From the human T2T-CHM13v2.0 reference genome, Homo sapiens: a stretch of DNA of 64,000 nt. A model generated the notes under the pieces. It saw nothing but the letters and a program-made list of their open reading frames with translations. It was not told the DNA's origin and searched no databases. The stretch is taken from the NCBI RefSeq assembly GCF_009914755.1, contig NC_060925.1; one strand, written 5' to 3'. A program made the position numbers and the translations under genes. Below are positions 16,575-31,311 of this stretch, piece by piece; positions within the stretch are counted from its first letter, which is position 1; every line of letters starts with the position of its first letter.

Positions 16575-17339
16575 TCTACCACATTAAATGCTATTAACTC
16601 AGCCTATTTTCTTGGAGCGCACACTTCTCTTAGCATCTGTGATTTTCCTATCCTGCTACTTCTTCCGTTATTCCTCCTCTATCTCCTTTCCTGGCTCCAT
16701 TTCACCTTGCTGCCATCTACTCATGAATGTACCTTGAACTTTAGCTTCAGCTGTGTACTTTCCTCATTGGTAACACAGTCTACCTGCATGGCTCTAACTT
16801 TTATCTCTGCTGAGAATTCTCCATCTGACTCTTGCTGTCTCCTGGGTTTAAACCCAATCTACCCTATCCAAGTCAATGTGTCCAGAACAGGATTGATAAC
16901 TTGAGTCATTCCTGATTCTCTCTTCAGGCCTCCACTTCCAGTCTCTCACTCAAGTTAATCATGTTTTCCTTTACATTTATCGCACCTTTGCCTCTTCCTT
17001 TTCATTATCAGTTGTAACCCTATAGATCAGGGTCTTGTCTCCCCTTGTGAGACCAGAAGTCTCCACACTTTTAATCTTATAGCCCCTTGTTTAACATTTC
17101 TGAGTTCAGATTCTCAATGTATGTATATGTATTTACAAATTATATACATATTCTACTTCTCTAATATATTTGTGTACATGATTTAAAAAGAGAGGAACAG
17201 ACATTGAAATGTGAGTGAAGAATTTGAAATAAATATTTTAATGATTTTAATTGTATACATTAAATGGGTACAAAATGCCTTTTTGCTCTTCCTACATGTA
17301 TTATAAATAATATCTTTTAATGAGAATAATGTGATTGAA

Positions 17340-17530
17340 TATGCCCAGTCATGTTTGAAATGTTGGTTTACACTTTGTAATACAGCTATTTAAAGATCTA
17401 GTTCGATGTTTGGTTCATTTTGATACTCGTTTTTGATGTCTTACTTAGTGGGAAAAGATACCTCTCAAAACATGTAGATCCAAAACAAAGAAAGTATTGG
17501 TTGACTATACCAACTAAATCATGATAATCA
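17340..17530 (-). mobile_element. hAT-Charlie transposase fossil (C-terminal dimerisation-domain region)
   Basis: Minus-strand translation DYHDLVGIVNQYFLCFGSTCF…EVSF…IKTS resembles the Charlie motif LLPFGSTYLCEVSFS…IKTKYR, with frameshifts. Confidence 0.55.
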
Positions 17531-18354
17531 TTTTTAAGTTTTGTCCAGAATTATGCTAAAGTTTTTTTTAAATGTAATATGTCTTTTTAGTATAGCTGAA
17601 GTTTTATTCTCCTGTTTTAGTTTTCACTTGTCTGTTTGTTGGTTGGTTTTATGGCTTTTTGTTTCCTCTTGGGTAATATGACTCAGAGGACATATTGAGG
17701 AAGTGTGGTAGAGGAGGGTTTTATGAGCATATATTTCTCTACCATCTTTCCCAGGAATTGAATATCATATTTTCAAAAATCTAGTAAGTTACCTGGAAAA
17801 ATGTTTAGGACATAGCTTTAAGAGAATAGAAAAGCAGCATATAAAACTAAAATAGGATATTATCCAGTTTTTTAAAAAAAAGTGAATTTACAAGAAAAGT
17901 CACAATATTTTAATATTATCTCTGGGAGACATGATAATGGATGATTTTCGTTCTTTTACTCATGCTTTTCTTTATTCTCCAAGGCTTAAATAAATAACAT
18001 TTATTAATTTTAGATTACAAAAAGACTTTTAAAACAAGGTGACATCAAATACTTTTAAAAAGAAACAGGTTGCCGATGATGTTTGTGTTTCAGCCCCCGA
18101 ATTAGCTATGCTCTTACACTATGTGCAGGTATAGCTAGAGCTATAATATAGCACAGTCATTGATGTTTGGTTTGGAACAAAAGAGGGTTCTTTTGCTAAA
18201 TTAGAAATCTAAAAATGCTTGGACTTATGCTCACTACATTGGGAAGGGAATGGGGCAAATGCAGGTGGCAAGGGGCAGAAAATGTAAACTGTCTATATTT
18301 TAAAAGATGTTTCCCTGTAAATATGTACTTCTTCTACCCACACTCCTCTGAAAG

Positions 18355-18485
18355 ACAAAATGTTAGCACAGAGCAAAACAGAGAAGGCAGAAGAAATGAA
18401 CCCGTATCATAATCTGGAAAGTGGGATGGCCAATCTTCTCAAGCCAATAGATGACTTCTGCACAAAGTTCTTTGTGGGAACAGAG
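18355..18485 (+). CDS. DNAI3: DNAI3/WDR63 coding exon (DKMLAQSK…FCTKFFVGTE)
   Basis: ctgaaag| acceptor, GAG|gtaaat donor, 131 nt, phase 1 to 0. FFVGTEEG is a dynein intermediate-chain WD motif. Confidence 0.93.
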
Positions 18486-20210
18486 GTAAATTGGGATTAT
18501 CTGCTTTTAAAATTAATACTTATTTATACTAAAATATGTTATTACAATATCTACTGTACATTTTTGCTGTGTAAAGACATAAAAGTTATACCATTTTCAT
18601 ATTTTAGTATGCTTGTTTGCATTAAACATTTTTAACTCTGATACCTCATAGTTTCACCTTTAAAATGTTCCTGAACGTATGTGGACAAATCTGTAAAATT
18701 GCATACTTTTTAACTAATAATATATTGTTCAATCTACAAATATTCATCAAATACCTTTATCATTTGGAAGAAACCATACTAAGTGTTAGAGATTTACTAA
18801 GAAACTATAGTGTTTTGTTGGGCTAACACAATCTAGTAGAAGAGACAGAAAAAACTCACTCATTTCAAAAGATAAATAACAATTGGATATAATAATGATA
18901 ATGGCTGCCATTTTCTAAGGACATACTATAATAATAACCAAAGCGAGTTCACATTTACTGGACATTTTCTATGTATCAGTGTCTGTGCTAAGTTATTTTC
19001 CAAATTATATCCCATTTAATCTCAGTAATCCTGTAAGGTTGGTATTATTATTGCCATTTTATAAATGAAGAAATGAGGCTCAGAACTTTATTTACAGTCA
19101 TACAGAGGCAGAGATGCTCTTTTCACTCATGACTCTCATTCCCTGAAATATAGAGTATTTTTCCCAGGCCAAGTCACCATGAGAAGAGGCCATAGCTCAG
19201 TCTCACCAGAATGCAATCTTCATCCACACTTTGGTATGAAGAGGAAAGCAATCAATTCCACAAGCTCTGGAGAACATGACTGTGTCTCAGGCACAGCACT
19301 GGGTGCTGGGATCAGAAGTGAATAGCATGGTCCCTCTCTCCTCAAGGCACTTTCTGCCTAGTCGAGGAGCAGACACATGATAAACACCAACACCAGTCCA
19401 GAGGCCATTCCGATAGGAAGAAGGAGGTTGGGGAAGGTGACCCACAGGCTGCTTGGATGTGGGAGGTTGAGAAGGAATCTCAAAGGTCAGGTTGAGAGTA
19501 GAATTCCAAGCAGAAGTAACAGCCTGAACAATATTTGGAGTTATGAAAGCCCAGTATTTGTCTGGAGTTAGTGAAATAGTTTGGTGTAAGAGGGAAAGGT
19601 ATGTCTAGAATGCCTGGTTGGAATCCAATACTGAAGAGCCTTTCCTGCTGTGTTAGGTAATTTGAGTTTCATTTAGTAAGCAATGCAACACTACCAAATA
19701 AATATGTGCTTTATAACTTGGGTTTCACAGCAAAGTTTAAAAAATTTTTTTAATTGTGGTAAAATATATGTAACATAAAATTAATCATCTTAGCCATTTT
19801 TAAATGTACAATTCAGTGGTATTAAGAAACTCCTTTCCCAAAGGAGTTCAATAATCCGTTGGAAAAGTACATTCATATTGTACAACCATCACCACCATCC
19901 ATGTCCAGAACTTTTCCTCATCCCAAACTGGGCGTCTGTACGCACTAAACACTAACTCCCTCTTCCTTTCTTTCCCTACCCACTTGTAACCACCATCTAC
20001 TTTCTGTATCTACGAATGTGACTATTCTAGATACCTCACGTAAGTGGAATTATACAATATTTGTCCTTTTGTGCACCAAAGTTTATAAAGCAGGGGAATG
20101 ACACCATCAGACCAGATTTAGAAAAATCAGTGACTGCAAGAACTTAAAGCAGAAATTAAAGCATGACACCCCCTGCTCAAACTCTTCAGTGACAACTCAG
20201 TACAACATGA

Positions 20211-20625
<415 letters not shown>

Positions 20626-22376
20626 TTTTTTCTCATCCTCCTAATACAAACTCTTGCCTGCCTTTGGAGGCCTTGCCCTACTTGGAATTTCTTTACTCAT
20701 CCCTCAACAGATACTCACTGCACATTTAATATATGCCAGGCATTGCTCTTGGCCCTGTAGATATAGCACTGAACAAACAGACAAAATTCCCTGGCCTCAT
20801 GGTGTTGGCAGTCCATTGGAAGGTTCTACCAACTTGTGACACAGCTGATCCATCTACTTTGGATAGAGATGTTCAGGGAGGCATCACTGGAATCTCGACT
20901 GGCTGGCGTGGGCTGAGGGAAGGGAGTGGAACCCTGGAGGGAGAGAAGACAGGCAGGCGGTGATTTCAGGTGGGCCAGCCCAGAAATGAAAAGGGCCTGA
21001 GCAGTGGGGCCAAGAATGTCAACACAGGGGTCAGAGAAGTGGAGTTGGGTAACAGAATTACAGAAGTGGCTAGAGAAGGGTATAGAGGTTTCCAGCTAGG
21101 TGACTGATGATATGATGAGCCTTCAACACACATTTATTAGATTGGTTCCAACTAGTCCTCGTTGACTTGGTTCAATTTCATTGTTTCATGTACTGGCTAT
21201 GGGACCCAGGAGATATTAATAACTCTCTTACAGGACTTTGGTGAGGGCTAAGGGTCACATCCATAAAACTCCTAAGAACGCTGGCAAGGACTGAGTGCTC
21301 AAGAAGTGATATCCGTGAGGGTGATGTGCAACATGGCCATAGATTAGCAAAACATGTACCCATCTGTCTGCTTCCTTAGACTGTGAGGATCGTGAGTAGA
21401 GAGAGGGCTTGTCCTTGGATTTGGAATTTCCAGCACCAAATACAGTCCTTGTTTGTTAAATGAATTAACACAGATGAATAAAAGCTCAGGTGGGTGAATG
21501 AGTGACCTTGTCCCCAGTGAGTTTATCCTTCCCTTTGCATAAATCAAATGTGCTCTTATCTCCCCTTCCTGGCTACAGATCCCAATCCATCCCCATTTTA
21601 TACAAACTCCTGTGTTTTTCTCTTCTCATCCAGTGAAGAAACAATGGAATTAGGAGATCGCATGGGGTGATCTAGAGCAAGTCATTTAACCTCTCTCAGT
21701 TTTCTCATCCATCCAATGACAGCGAGGGACTAATTATTTTCTGTAAACTTCTCCCACCTCTGTAATTCATCGGTTCTCTCTGTCTTTCCCCTTTGCATGA
21801 CTGTTTCTTCCTCTTCTTACATCAGGTCCATTTGCCTTCCCCTCTCCTTAAAACGGCCATAAGACAGAATAAGAATACATATCGCTTGCTATTTTATTTA
21901 GATTGAACTTTATGTTTCCTGTTCTCAACCTGAAAAGTAGTAATTACTACCATGTATGCATTCATAGTCCCTCATTCTTGCTTATTCCACAAATATTTAT
22001 TAACAATTGACTTTCTAATGGGCTGAAAAGTAATCACTGAATAAGATGGGCTGATCCCTCCCTTTACGGATCAACAACAAAAACTTTGGATGCCCAGCGG
22101 TTGGGACTATTGTCCCAGATGGAGTATCTGCAGAACTATCATGTTCTCCACATCATTATATGTGGATAAAAACACAACAAACTCATTGTTTCTTCAATAT
22201 AAAATTGAGTACTCATTTTGAGGCTTTCCCTCTCCCCCACTGGATCAAATTACTTGATTAAATTGACTTGTTGTTTTGCATTTGTTTTGCTTAACAGTCA
22301 ATCTTAGCACATGAGTGTGAAGTCTTTTGTCTCTTAAGTTGTCATTGTACTCATCAGGAACCTGTAATATTTTTAG

Positions 22377-22440
22377 GAAGGCGAAGTGATATACACAGAT
22401 TGGAAAATGGAAAAAGACCCTGAAACTGGCCGACTTATGT
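22377..22440 (+). CDS. DNAI3: DNAI3/WDR63 coding exon (EGEVIYTDWKMEKDPETGRLM)
   Basis: tttttag| acceptor, T|gtaagt donor, 64 nt, phase 0 to 1. Confidence 0.92.
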
Positions 22441-22589
22441 GTAAGTTTTGTGATTGCCCTGTTATTAATAAGATGTTCCTTTTAATTTAAACTACCCAAA
22501 GGAATCTCATGCAGTACAGAGTCACCCTGGTCTTGCTAATGGGAGGGAAGGCTCCTAAGGTACTGACTAATAAAGTGAAGGCCTTGAAT

Positions 22590-22735
22590 AAGCAGCATAG
22601 TCATCACCTGGGAACTTGCTGAAAATACACATAAAAATCTTAGATCCTACGCCAGGCCTTCTGAATTGGAATCTGGATTTTAATAACATTTTCCAGGGTA
22701 TTTGTTTTCACACCAAAATTTGAGGAGCACTGACC
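22590..22735. mobile_element. MER5A-like DNA transposon
   Basis: CATCACCTGGGAACTTGCTGAAAAT…AATTTGAGGAGCACTG. Confidence 0.65.
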
Positions 22736-23699
22736 TATATGTTGCTTAAATGACGGAGAAACTTGAGTGATTTAATTTAAAAATAAAATACTGTTTCAAT
22801 AATTCAATAACCTGGTAGTTCATCTATGTGGAAAATCTGAGTCAATGTGAGATTATAAGCAAAATGTAAGATAATCTAGAAGACCCCAGCAGAGTATGGG
22901 AAAAGGGACTGCAGGACCCTCCTTTGGGGCTAGGACAGGTCGTGTCTTTATGTCTGCCGCTCCCAGGACCTGGGCCTCTGGAAAGCTGAGCAGAAGCATG
23001 TGGGTCACATCCAGGCGGGAGAAGGAACTGCAGTCAGGAATACAGGCACCCCAATAAGCAAAGCTCCCTATCTCTAGCAGGCTCAGAGCCTTGGGGTTCA
23101 CTACAATTATAACTGCTCATTTTAAACCTTTGAATTTTGTCATAGTGTGAAAATATATTTTAATGCATTTCACAGTTTGGGATAACCATAAGCAAACGAA
23201 GAGGCAGCTCCTGGGACTGCTAGGCCCACAAAGGCTTGCAAGAAGTCTTCAGAACACCATGAGGGAGCAGTGTGGTAGAGCAGCTGGATTCTTTGCAGAA
23301 GGGTATCTAGTCAATCATGCGAGTGGAAGTGTGAGTGACTGACAGGGGAGCAGGGCCCTCTAAGAACATAGCAATTAATATGATAAAATTCAGAAAACAT
23401 TAGTATAAAGTGGCTGGACATTGTGGTGTGGCCTTGACAGCCATATGTTTTTGTGGTCATGCCTGGGGCATAGGGTTGTGGGCAACAAGAAATTAGGAGG
23501 ATTCAGTTCTGCAGCCAACTCTCAGGGAGAGGAAACCCAAGCAGAATCCTCCTGTTACCTGAGTAAAGAGACCAGAGAAGCAGGAAGACCCTGGGACCTG
23601 GGGCAGAGGCTAAAGTGAACTCTTGATCTTAGCATTAGAACCTGTAAGGCTTCCCACTGGCAACAAATGGAAGGACTGTGGCTCTTGTCAGAAACCTGG

Positions 23700-24510
23700 C
23701 TGTCATTCTCAGCATTTCATCTCTGTCTTCCTATTCAAGTTGTCTCCAAGTCCTGTCAATTCTAGCTCACAAATATTTCTTGATTATCCCTTCTTCTCCC
23801 TTGCATCTTAGACCACGCCACCATCCTCTCTCACCAGAACTGCCACTGCAGCCTCCTCTGCTTTTACCTTCCCCTAATCCATTCTCCTCACAACAGCCAG
23901 AGACTCTTTCAGAAATGTCAATCAAATTGTCTCACTTGGAGACCTAAAGGACTCATTACAACACACAACACTTAGAGTGTAATCTGAACTCCTTTCTTAC
24001 AAGGCCCAGCATGGCCTAGACCCTCCTAGTCCCCATTTGTTTCATGTCTCACTCTAAAATGACCAGATTGCTGTCGGGGGTGCCTTCCTCAAGTGTGTAA
24101 AAGCACTAAACACTTCTCTCCTTAGGACTTTGGTGTGTGTTGTTTCCACTGTCTGGAATGTTCCTTCACACCAAAATCTTCCCATGTTGAGCTGCTATTC
24201 AGGCCTACATGATGCATCTCCACAGAAGCCTTTCCTGACCCTTCAGTCTAAATTACAAATCCTCTTGTTATTCTTACTTGTAATATTTTTTCCTTCACAA
24301 CACTTTTCACAATTTTTACATTGTATACTTTGGGATGTGTTTATTGAAATTCTATCTTTCCCACTGGACTGTAAGCTCCTTGGGGGCAAAATCATGTTTA
24401 TTTACTAACCATTGTCTACCCAGCCAGCTACAGTACCTGCTATTACATATTGGCAATCTATAAATATTTATTGACTAATTGAGTGAATTAATGAATGAGT
24501 AAATGAATAA
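23700..24510 (+). mobile_element. L2 3' region
   Basis: CACTGGACTGTAAGCTCCTTG…TAAATATTTATTGA…ATGAATGA, an L2 3' end. Confidence 0.7.
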
Positions 24511-24746
24511 CACAAAGTATTCATTTAAGCTTGAAAAATGGCCTTGATGGGATGTTCCCTGGACATTCCATAATAACAGAAGGAGCCATCCCTTGACAGA
24601 TCTATTCATCCCAGCTAGCCTCTGGTTCTCCACTCCCCGACCCCATTCATGGGGCCCTGTCTGTCCATTGGAGGTCTGTCCATTCCTCACTGCAGGAATG
24701 CAAACAGTGTTATTAAAGATGAGATGGTCTTCTTTCACTCCAATAG

Positions 24747-24877
24747 CAAAGAAGCCAGTGAGCCACCACACCATTCACGACGGAACTGTCCACACTATTC
24801 AGAGATCACCTTTCTACAACGACATTATTCTCACGGTTGGAGGTTGGAACGTGGCCATATGGAAAGAAGGTGTTATG
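24747..24877 (+). CDS. DNAI3: DNAI3/WDR63 coding exon (SKKPVSHHTIHDGTVHTIQRSPFYNDIILTVGGWNVAIWKEGVM)
   Basis: caatag| acceptor, ATG|gtaagt donor, 131 nt, phase 1 to 0. Classic dynein-IC WD40 repeat. Confidence 0.96.
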
Positions 24878-25117
24878 GTAAGTGCCTGCAAAATGGAAGC
24901 ATGAGTGTGTGATCTTTTGTTATTCAGAAAGACAAGAGGAACTGTTATGTTCTGACATAATAGTGCCTTTGGGACACTTTTTAGAGAAATTAGAACAGAT
25001 GGCAGGGACACCAGCTTGTCAGCAGAACCACTGTAATCCTTTTGAAAACACATTCATTTGTTTTTCCTTCCTGAGGGGAGAAAACAGTTTACAAGTTCCT
25101 TGTTCTCTGAAACTTAA

Positions 25118-25510
<393 letters not shown>

Positions 25511-25844
25511 TGAAGTGCAAGGAGAAACACTGGGTTTGTCATCTTTCCCTCTGCACCAGGAATATCTTGGCAGGTGCAGAAAGTGGGAGTGAATAAGCTG
25601 AGGGTATGTCAGCAGGCAGACCCTTGCCTGTCCAGGGACATACAGTAGTTAAAGGGAGGCAGCAAGAGTGTGGTCAGGATTAGGAGAGGGGCTGGATCTA
25701 GGCAGATAGGAGCTAAACTGCCAAAAACTAGAATGATTGATAAAATCCAGTGAAGCAAGGGTGTGGGGGAATCAGTACTTTTGGTGGGATTGTAAGTTGA
25801 CATGTCTCTTTGATGAGCAATTTGAGATTATCAAAGCCTGAAAC

Positions 25845-26015
25845 TATATATATATGTGTATATGCATATAATATATATGTATATATGCATATGTGTATAC
25901 CAACTTTGAAATACATGTGTGTATGTACATAGGCATATAATGTGGATATATATACACACACATATATATATTTCAAAGTTGGTATACATCTATACATATA
26001 TAAATGTATATATAT
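25845..26015. repeat. (TA/TG/CA)n degenerate microsatellite
   Basis: Alternating purine-pyrimidine tract. Confidence 0.85.
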
Positions 26016-27136
26016 TTAACCTAACAGTTCCACTTCTGAAACTCTAACATATACAAATACTCAAAAACTGTATATTTATCATTGAAAATAATTTAGAAAC
26101 TACTTAAATGGTCATCAACAAAGAACTCTGCTTTATGCCAATGTACTTCTGTATGTTTGATTTTTTTTTTTTTTTACAATTAGCAAGTTTTGTAGTTAAA
26201 GAAAAAGAAAAAGGAAATTCAGGCATGATTGTCCAAAGACTATGCCAGGGTCAGGAATTTGGTTATAGAAACTCAAGGTGCTGGGAGAAGTAGACAAGGA
26301 GAACAAGTTTGAAATGTCACCTCCACAGAGTCCATGAATCTGCGACATGCTTTCTTCACAGGAAAATCTCTTATGCATATATTGGAGGGTGGGAGACAGC
26401 TCCATGATTTAGTTTAGTCCCTGCAGATGTAAGTAGGCGAAGGAGCACCCCTGGTCAGTAGATGAAGCCTGAAGTGGGTAGAAAGCACATTCTATTCTTA
26501 CTTTTGAAAACCTCCCAAAGAAGGCAGACTACCCCATGGTAGAGAAAAGAGAAGATGATTGCATGATGCTTTGATGGTCTAAAATCTCTTCCTAGTGTAT
26601 TTATAGGTGATCAACTGCTTCCAGCTGAAGTCACTTTATATGAGAATTTGCCAATTCTGATGTTGATTTTCAACATGCAGTACACAGCTGGAACTGGCAG
26701 ACTTTTCATTTGTTTTACTCTCTACTGTTTACTGAGCTGTTTCCATGGGAAGCAGATATCTGATAGCAAAATAAAGGCATAAGCAGAATGTCCTTATAAT
26801 CTTTACTTGTCTAATGTCCACCAATTTCCACAGAAATAGTCGTAAGGTTAGAAGCAGTAGTGGGTTTAGAAGTTGGATTATTAGAAACTTCAACAACTTA
26901 ATTGGAATGTTTAATATTTTCTGAAAAGCAACTAAAAATGGCTTATGAAAACAAGGAAGAAAAGCTGGTGTTATATAAAAACCCTACAACAAAGAGAAGT
27001 AAGACTTCCTGTGGGCATAATTTTGTTGTTATATGATCATAGCTAGCTTGAGTTGTACTTAATGAACATCATGGTGAATTTCCCTCAGATAATAACAAAA
27101 TCTTCTTTATTTGTCTTTTTAAAAATTTGTTTAAAG

Positions 27137-27341
27137 ACTGGACCGCTCCTTCAGTCATGCTGTGCACCAAAAAGGTACACCTCAGGCCACTGGTCCCTGA
27201 CTCGGCCCGGAGTTTTCTACATCGGCCGAGAAGATGGATACATTGATATCTGGGACCTTCTGGAGAAAACCCATGAACCAGCCCAGTCTCAAAACATTTG
27301 CATAACTATGATCACCTACATCAAACCCTGGATCTTTTCTT
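27137..27341 (+). CDS. DNAI3: DNAI3/WDR63 coding exon (TGPLLQS…WSLTRPGVFYIGREDGYIDIWDLLE…KPWIFS)
   Basis: tttaaag| acceptor, T|gtatgt donor, 205 nt, phase 0 to 1. WS.TRP.VF…DG.IDIWD is the dynein-IC WD40 signature. Confidence 0.96.
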
Positions 27342-28458
27342 GTATGTTAATTCTAACTAAATAAGCTAAGTCATTTTGGGTAACTCGGGAACATCTTGAC
27401 ATTCATCTGAAAAGCCTCCAATGTTTATTTCTTAGTTTTTTGTTTTTCTTCCTGCTCATCCCTTCTTATCCCTTCCCTTCTCTTCCTTTCCTTTTCATTC
27501 TTCTCTCTTCCCTTTCCTTCCCATCTTTCCTCTTCCTTTTCCTTCTCTCTTGGTCTCAAACCTTGGACACAACCTGAGCTCTTCTCACTGTTGCCTCATC
27601 AAGAATGATTTCTGAGACACGTGTCAGGCAGAGGCTGGTTTTGAACTGCACGATGGGAACATCCTTCTCTTCTCCGGGTCAGACAGGATGACCCGGATCT
27701 TTGTTATCTTTTGCTGATTTTTTTTCCCAGATAGAATAAATTTTGTTTCTTTAATTTTCATTACAAATCATATTTTTAAATATTATATCACTTTTGTGGT
27801 TCTCCCCTGGCTAATATCAAGCAATTCTCTTCATAAGATAAAATGATTATCTGGAGTTATATATGTATTTAAGCTTTAACCTTTGAACCAACTATGAGGA
27901 AAAACTACTATATAACAAAACAAGCATAAATTCAATGATGTGTCTATAGAAACGTGATGTATGTCCTTTGTCTCCATTTTTTTTCTGTTTCGCCCAAGTA
28001 GTAATTTCTATGTAAATCCAGTATGTTTGCCTTTTTTTATTTTATTTTTTTGCAGTGACGTCTTGCTCTGTTGCCCAGGCTGAAGTGCAGTGGTGTGATC
28101 AATCCTCCTGCTTCAGCCTCCCAAAGTTCTGGGATTATAGGGGTGAACCACTGTAACCCACCTGCCTTTTTTAAAAGAAGAAGTTTCCCTTTGTTTCCAA
28201 AGGTGTACAGCATGAAATTCTCTTTCTATCCATTTCTCAGAAACATTAGATTTGGAAACTCAGTCTTCAGCATCTTGAGTGTCACAGTCAGACTACTGCT
28301 TAGCCATATGTGCCACCCAAGTATCTTTTCCCACTTTGGTGTAAAACATTGCTTTGTACGCCTACAGGGATTATGAATCCAGGATTTTGCAATTTGAAGC
28401 AGACCTACTAAAAAGGAAAAGAACACACACACAGTGAGATAGAAAATTACAATTCTCA

Positions 28459-28799
28459 GGCCGGGCATGGTGGCTTACACCTCTAATCCCAGCACTTTGG
28501 GAGGCTGAGTGAGGTGGGGAGATCACTTGAGTCCAGGAGTTCAAGGCCAACCTGAGCAACATGGCCAAGACCCTGTCTCTACAAAAAATACAAAACAAAA
28601 ATTAGCCGGGCATGGTGCTATGTGCCTGTAGTCCCAGCTACTCAGGAAGCTGAGGTGGGATGATTGATTCAGCCTGGGAGGTTGAGGCTGCAGTGAGCCA
28701 TGATCATACCACTGCATTCTAGCCTGGGCCACAGCGGGGAGACCCTGTCTCAAAAAAAAAAAAAAAAAAAAAAAGAAGAAGAAGAAGGAGAAGAAAAAG
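28459..28799 (+). mobile_element. AluJ-like SINE with A/(GAA)n tail
   Basis: Full diverged dimer. Confidence 0.9.
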
Positions 28800-29331
28800 A
28801 TTAAAAATCTCAAATACTTTGCATATTATACCCATTTTAAATGTTCAAAGGCAGCTACTTGTTTTTACAATAAGACCTGTGATTCTGGCTACATCTTTGA
28901 AATTCTTCTGGATGATGGTACCCTTTAGCCCTTTCTGTGTTCAGTGAAAATGAACTTCATGACTTTTCTTTGAAAATCTTTCCATGTGTTCTCCTTGCTT
29001 TCTTCTCAAGTATGCCCAGTGGGCCCAGCCACAGAGAGAGTCAACTTCAGCCAGGAGCCACATTCCTTATACAGTCACCAGAAATACAAGTTTTGAGGCA
29101 GCAGGGGAACCGACAAAGGCTCAGTCTTAGCTTTCATTTCATCAGCTGGAAAAAATGACTTGTACATGTTTACATGGTCCAGCCATGAACATCTGATGAA
29201 AATGCCAAGATCACTGGAACCACAGCAGGTCCTTTGGGAGAACACAAAACAAAAACATACTTCATGTTTAACTGCTTAAGATGGTTTTCTGTTTGCTGAT
29301 TTTTTCCTCCCATTTATTTTAAAATTTTCAG

Positions 29332-29423
29332 CTAAACAGCAATTTATAGCCACAGCTGATTATTATGGAACACTGCATATATTAGAAATTCCTTGGACAT
29401 TAAGTCGCCCTTCCACCAATGAG
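29332..29423 (+). CDS. DNAI3: DNAI3/WDR63 coding exon (SKQQFIATADYYGTLHILEIPWTLSRPSTNE)
   Basis: ttttcag| acceptor, GAG|gttagt donor, 92 nt, phase 1 to 0. Confidence 0.94.
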
Positions 29424-30584
29424 GTTAGTAACTAACTTATGACTTTGAGAATTAATGTGACCAGATATTGCTGAGATATGTCTTTAAAAAAATGTTAGAA
29501 ATGACAGCATTTTTGCTCTGTAAGGGAACAAAAGACTCATACAGTAAATAAGAGGATGTATTTCTGTTGTATGAGTTAAATAGTTTGAAGCTTTAAAAAA
29601 AAGCCCCAAACATGACATGGGAGGGAAACCAAGTCAATGAAGTCCAGATTCTGAGAGAATAATGACTTGGGGATTCATAATCAGAAAATGTCATTTTTCC
29701 CATTGTAACCGAAGTGTGGGGTGCTGATTTCAGTGATACCCTTCCCTGAGGGCCCAGTTGACATGTTCATGCATCTCTCCATCACCCACCCCCTCCGGCT
29801 CCCAACCCAACTTGGAGTATAGCAGGCAGCACAGCTGAACTGGCGGTATTCTGCACCCCCCACACTGTACCCACCACCCAAGTGTTTCAAACAATGTTAA
29901 TAATGAGGCTTTAAAAAGATCAATGAATAGAAATATATAAATGTATATACAATGAACATTAAACATATAGATTGCAGTCTGCTGCAAGTCCAAACATCAG
30001 CCTAGTTACTGGCAGGCAAAAGGCTGTCTCTGCCCTGGTTGCCTTCCCCAAGGTCTCTGCTGACTTTCCTGCTTCTGGACCAGGAATTCAGCTCTGCTTC
30101 CAGTCCCTCTAGGATCTACATTGATACTCTCATCTGGGTTTTCTAAGTTTGATTGATGATATGAAACTTCCCCCAGATTTAGAAGGAAGAAGGAAGAAAT
30201 GGGGAAAAAGCAACCCCTGAATATTTCTACTACAAAATTGCACATTTTTGCAGCTCTCTCCTTCCAACCCTACTTTGGAAACCTCCAAGTCACAGAGCCC
30301 TAAATGTTAGCACAGTAGCCCCTGAATTGTACCAGCTCCTCTGGTAGTGGGCCTGTGAATACAATTTCCAAATTATATTCACCTAAAAGATTTAAAGTAT
30401 CACAAAATAGATAATCTACATAATGATTAGGTAGATGATCATTAGATAATGATCAAGTAGATTAGGGAGGTAGATTAGGTAGGTCGTCTACCTAATTACA
30501 AGCAGCAGAAATTCTAACAGAGCCTTGTAAAGGTCATGGGGGCTTCCTGCCTGTCATCCTCTCATGGACTTCTGTTTCTAACAG

Positions 30585-30707
30585 ATGGCAAGTGTCAACC
30601 ACTATTTTGAAAGAGAAGTCAAGCATCTGGAATACGTAGAACAGCGCAAAAAAATTCGTGAGCAAGAAAAGAAAGAAATGGAACTAGAAATGGCAAAGAA
30701 AAAAGTT
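30585..30707 (+). CDS. DNAI3: DNAI3/WDR63 coding exon, coiled coil (MASVNHYFEREVKHLEYVEQRKKIREQEKKEMELEMAKKKV)
   Basis: ttctaacag| acceptor, |gtaagt donor, 123 nt, phase 0 to 0. Confidence 0.94.
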
Positions 30708-31239
30708 GTAAGTTAAATTTCAGAAATGAAAGATGTTTTCCTCGAACACCAGTGGAAATATATTTGTTTGGCTTAATCCACAGTTTCCATAGAAAAGTTA
30801 TACTTTTTCACATTCTTCTCTTGTTCTCATGAGAGTCAAGAGGGCATTCCTTTGATTTCCTAGCTCACTGCCAGTTAGACACGTAGCGAGATTCTGTCCA
30901 ATTTAAGTTTCTGAAATTTTCTATAATTTCAAAGTCCTTTAGTACAGATACCTTAATTCAAAATTTGAATGCTTTCATTATAGAATTTTAATATCTGGTG
31001 AATAATGCATTAAAGAAGGTGGTGCAAAAAGAGTTGAATATGGAATCAAGACACGTGGGCTCAAATCCCAACTCTGCCACTGACTAGCTGTGAGATTTGG
31101 AGCAAGGCTGTCACCTTTGCTGAGCTTCAGGTCTCTTATCTTGAAAATGGGAATACTAATAACTAGGATTACTGTAAGGCTGTCAGTTAAAGAAAGTGAC
31201 AAATAGACTTTCAGTAAATAGTGCTATTATAATTATAAT

Positions 31240-31262
31240 GATAGATGATAGATTAGATAGAT

Positions 31263-31311
<49 letters not shown>

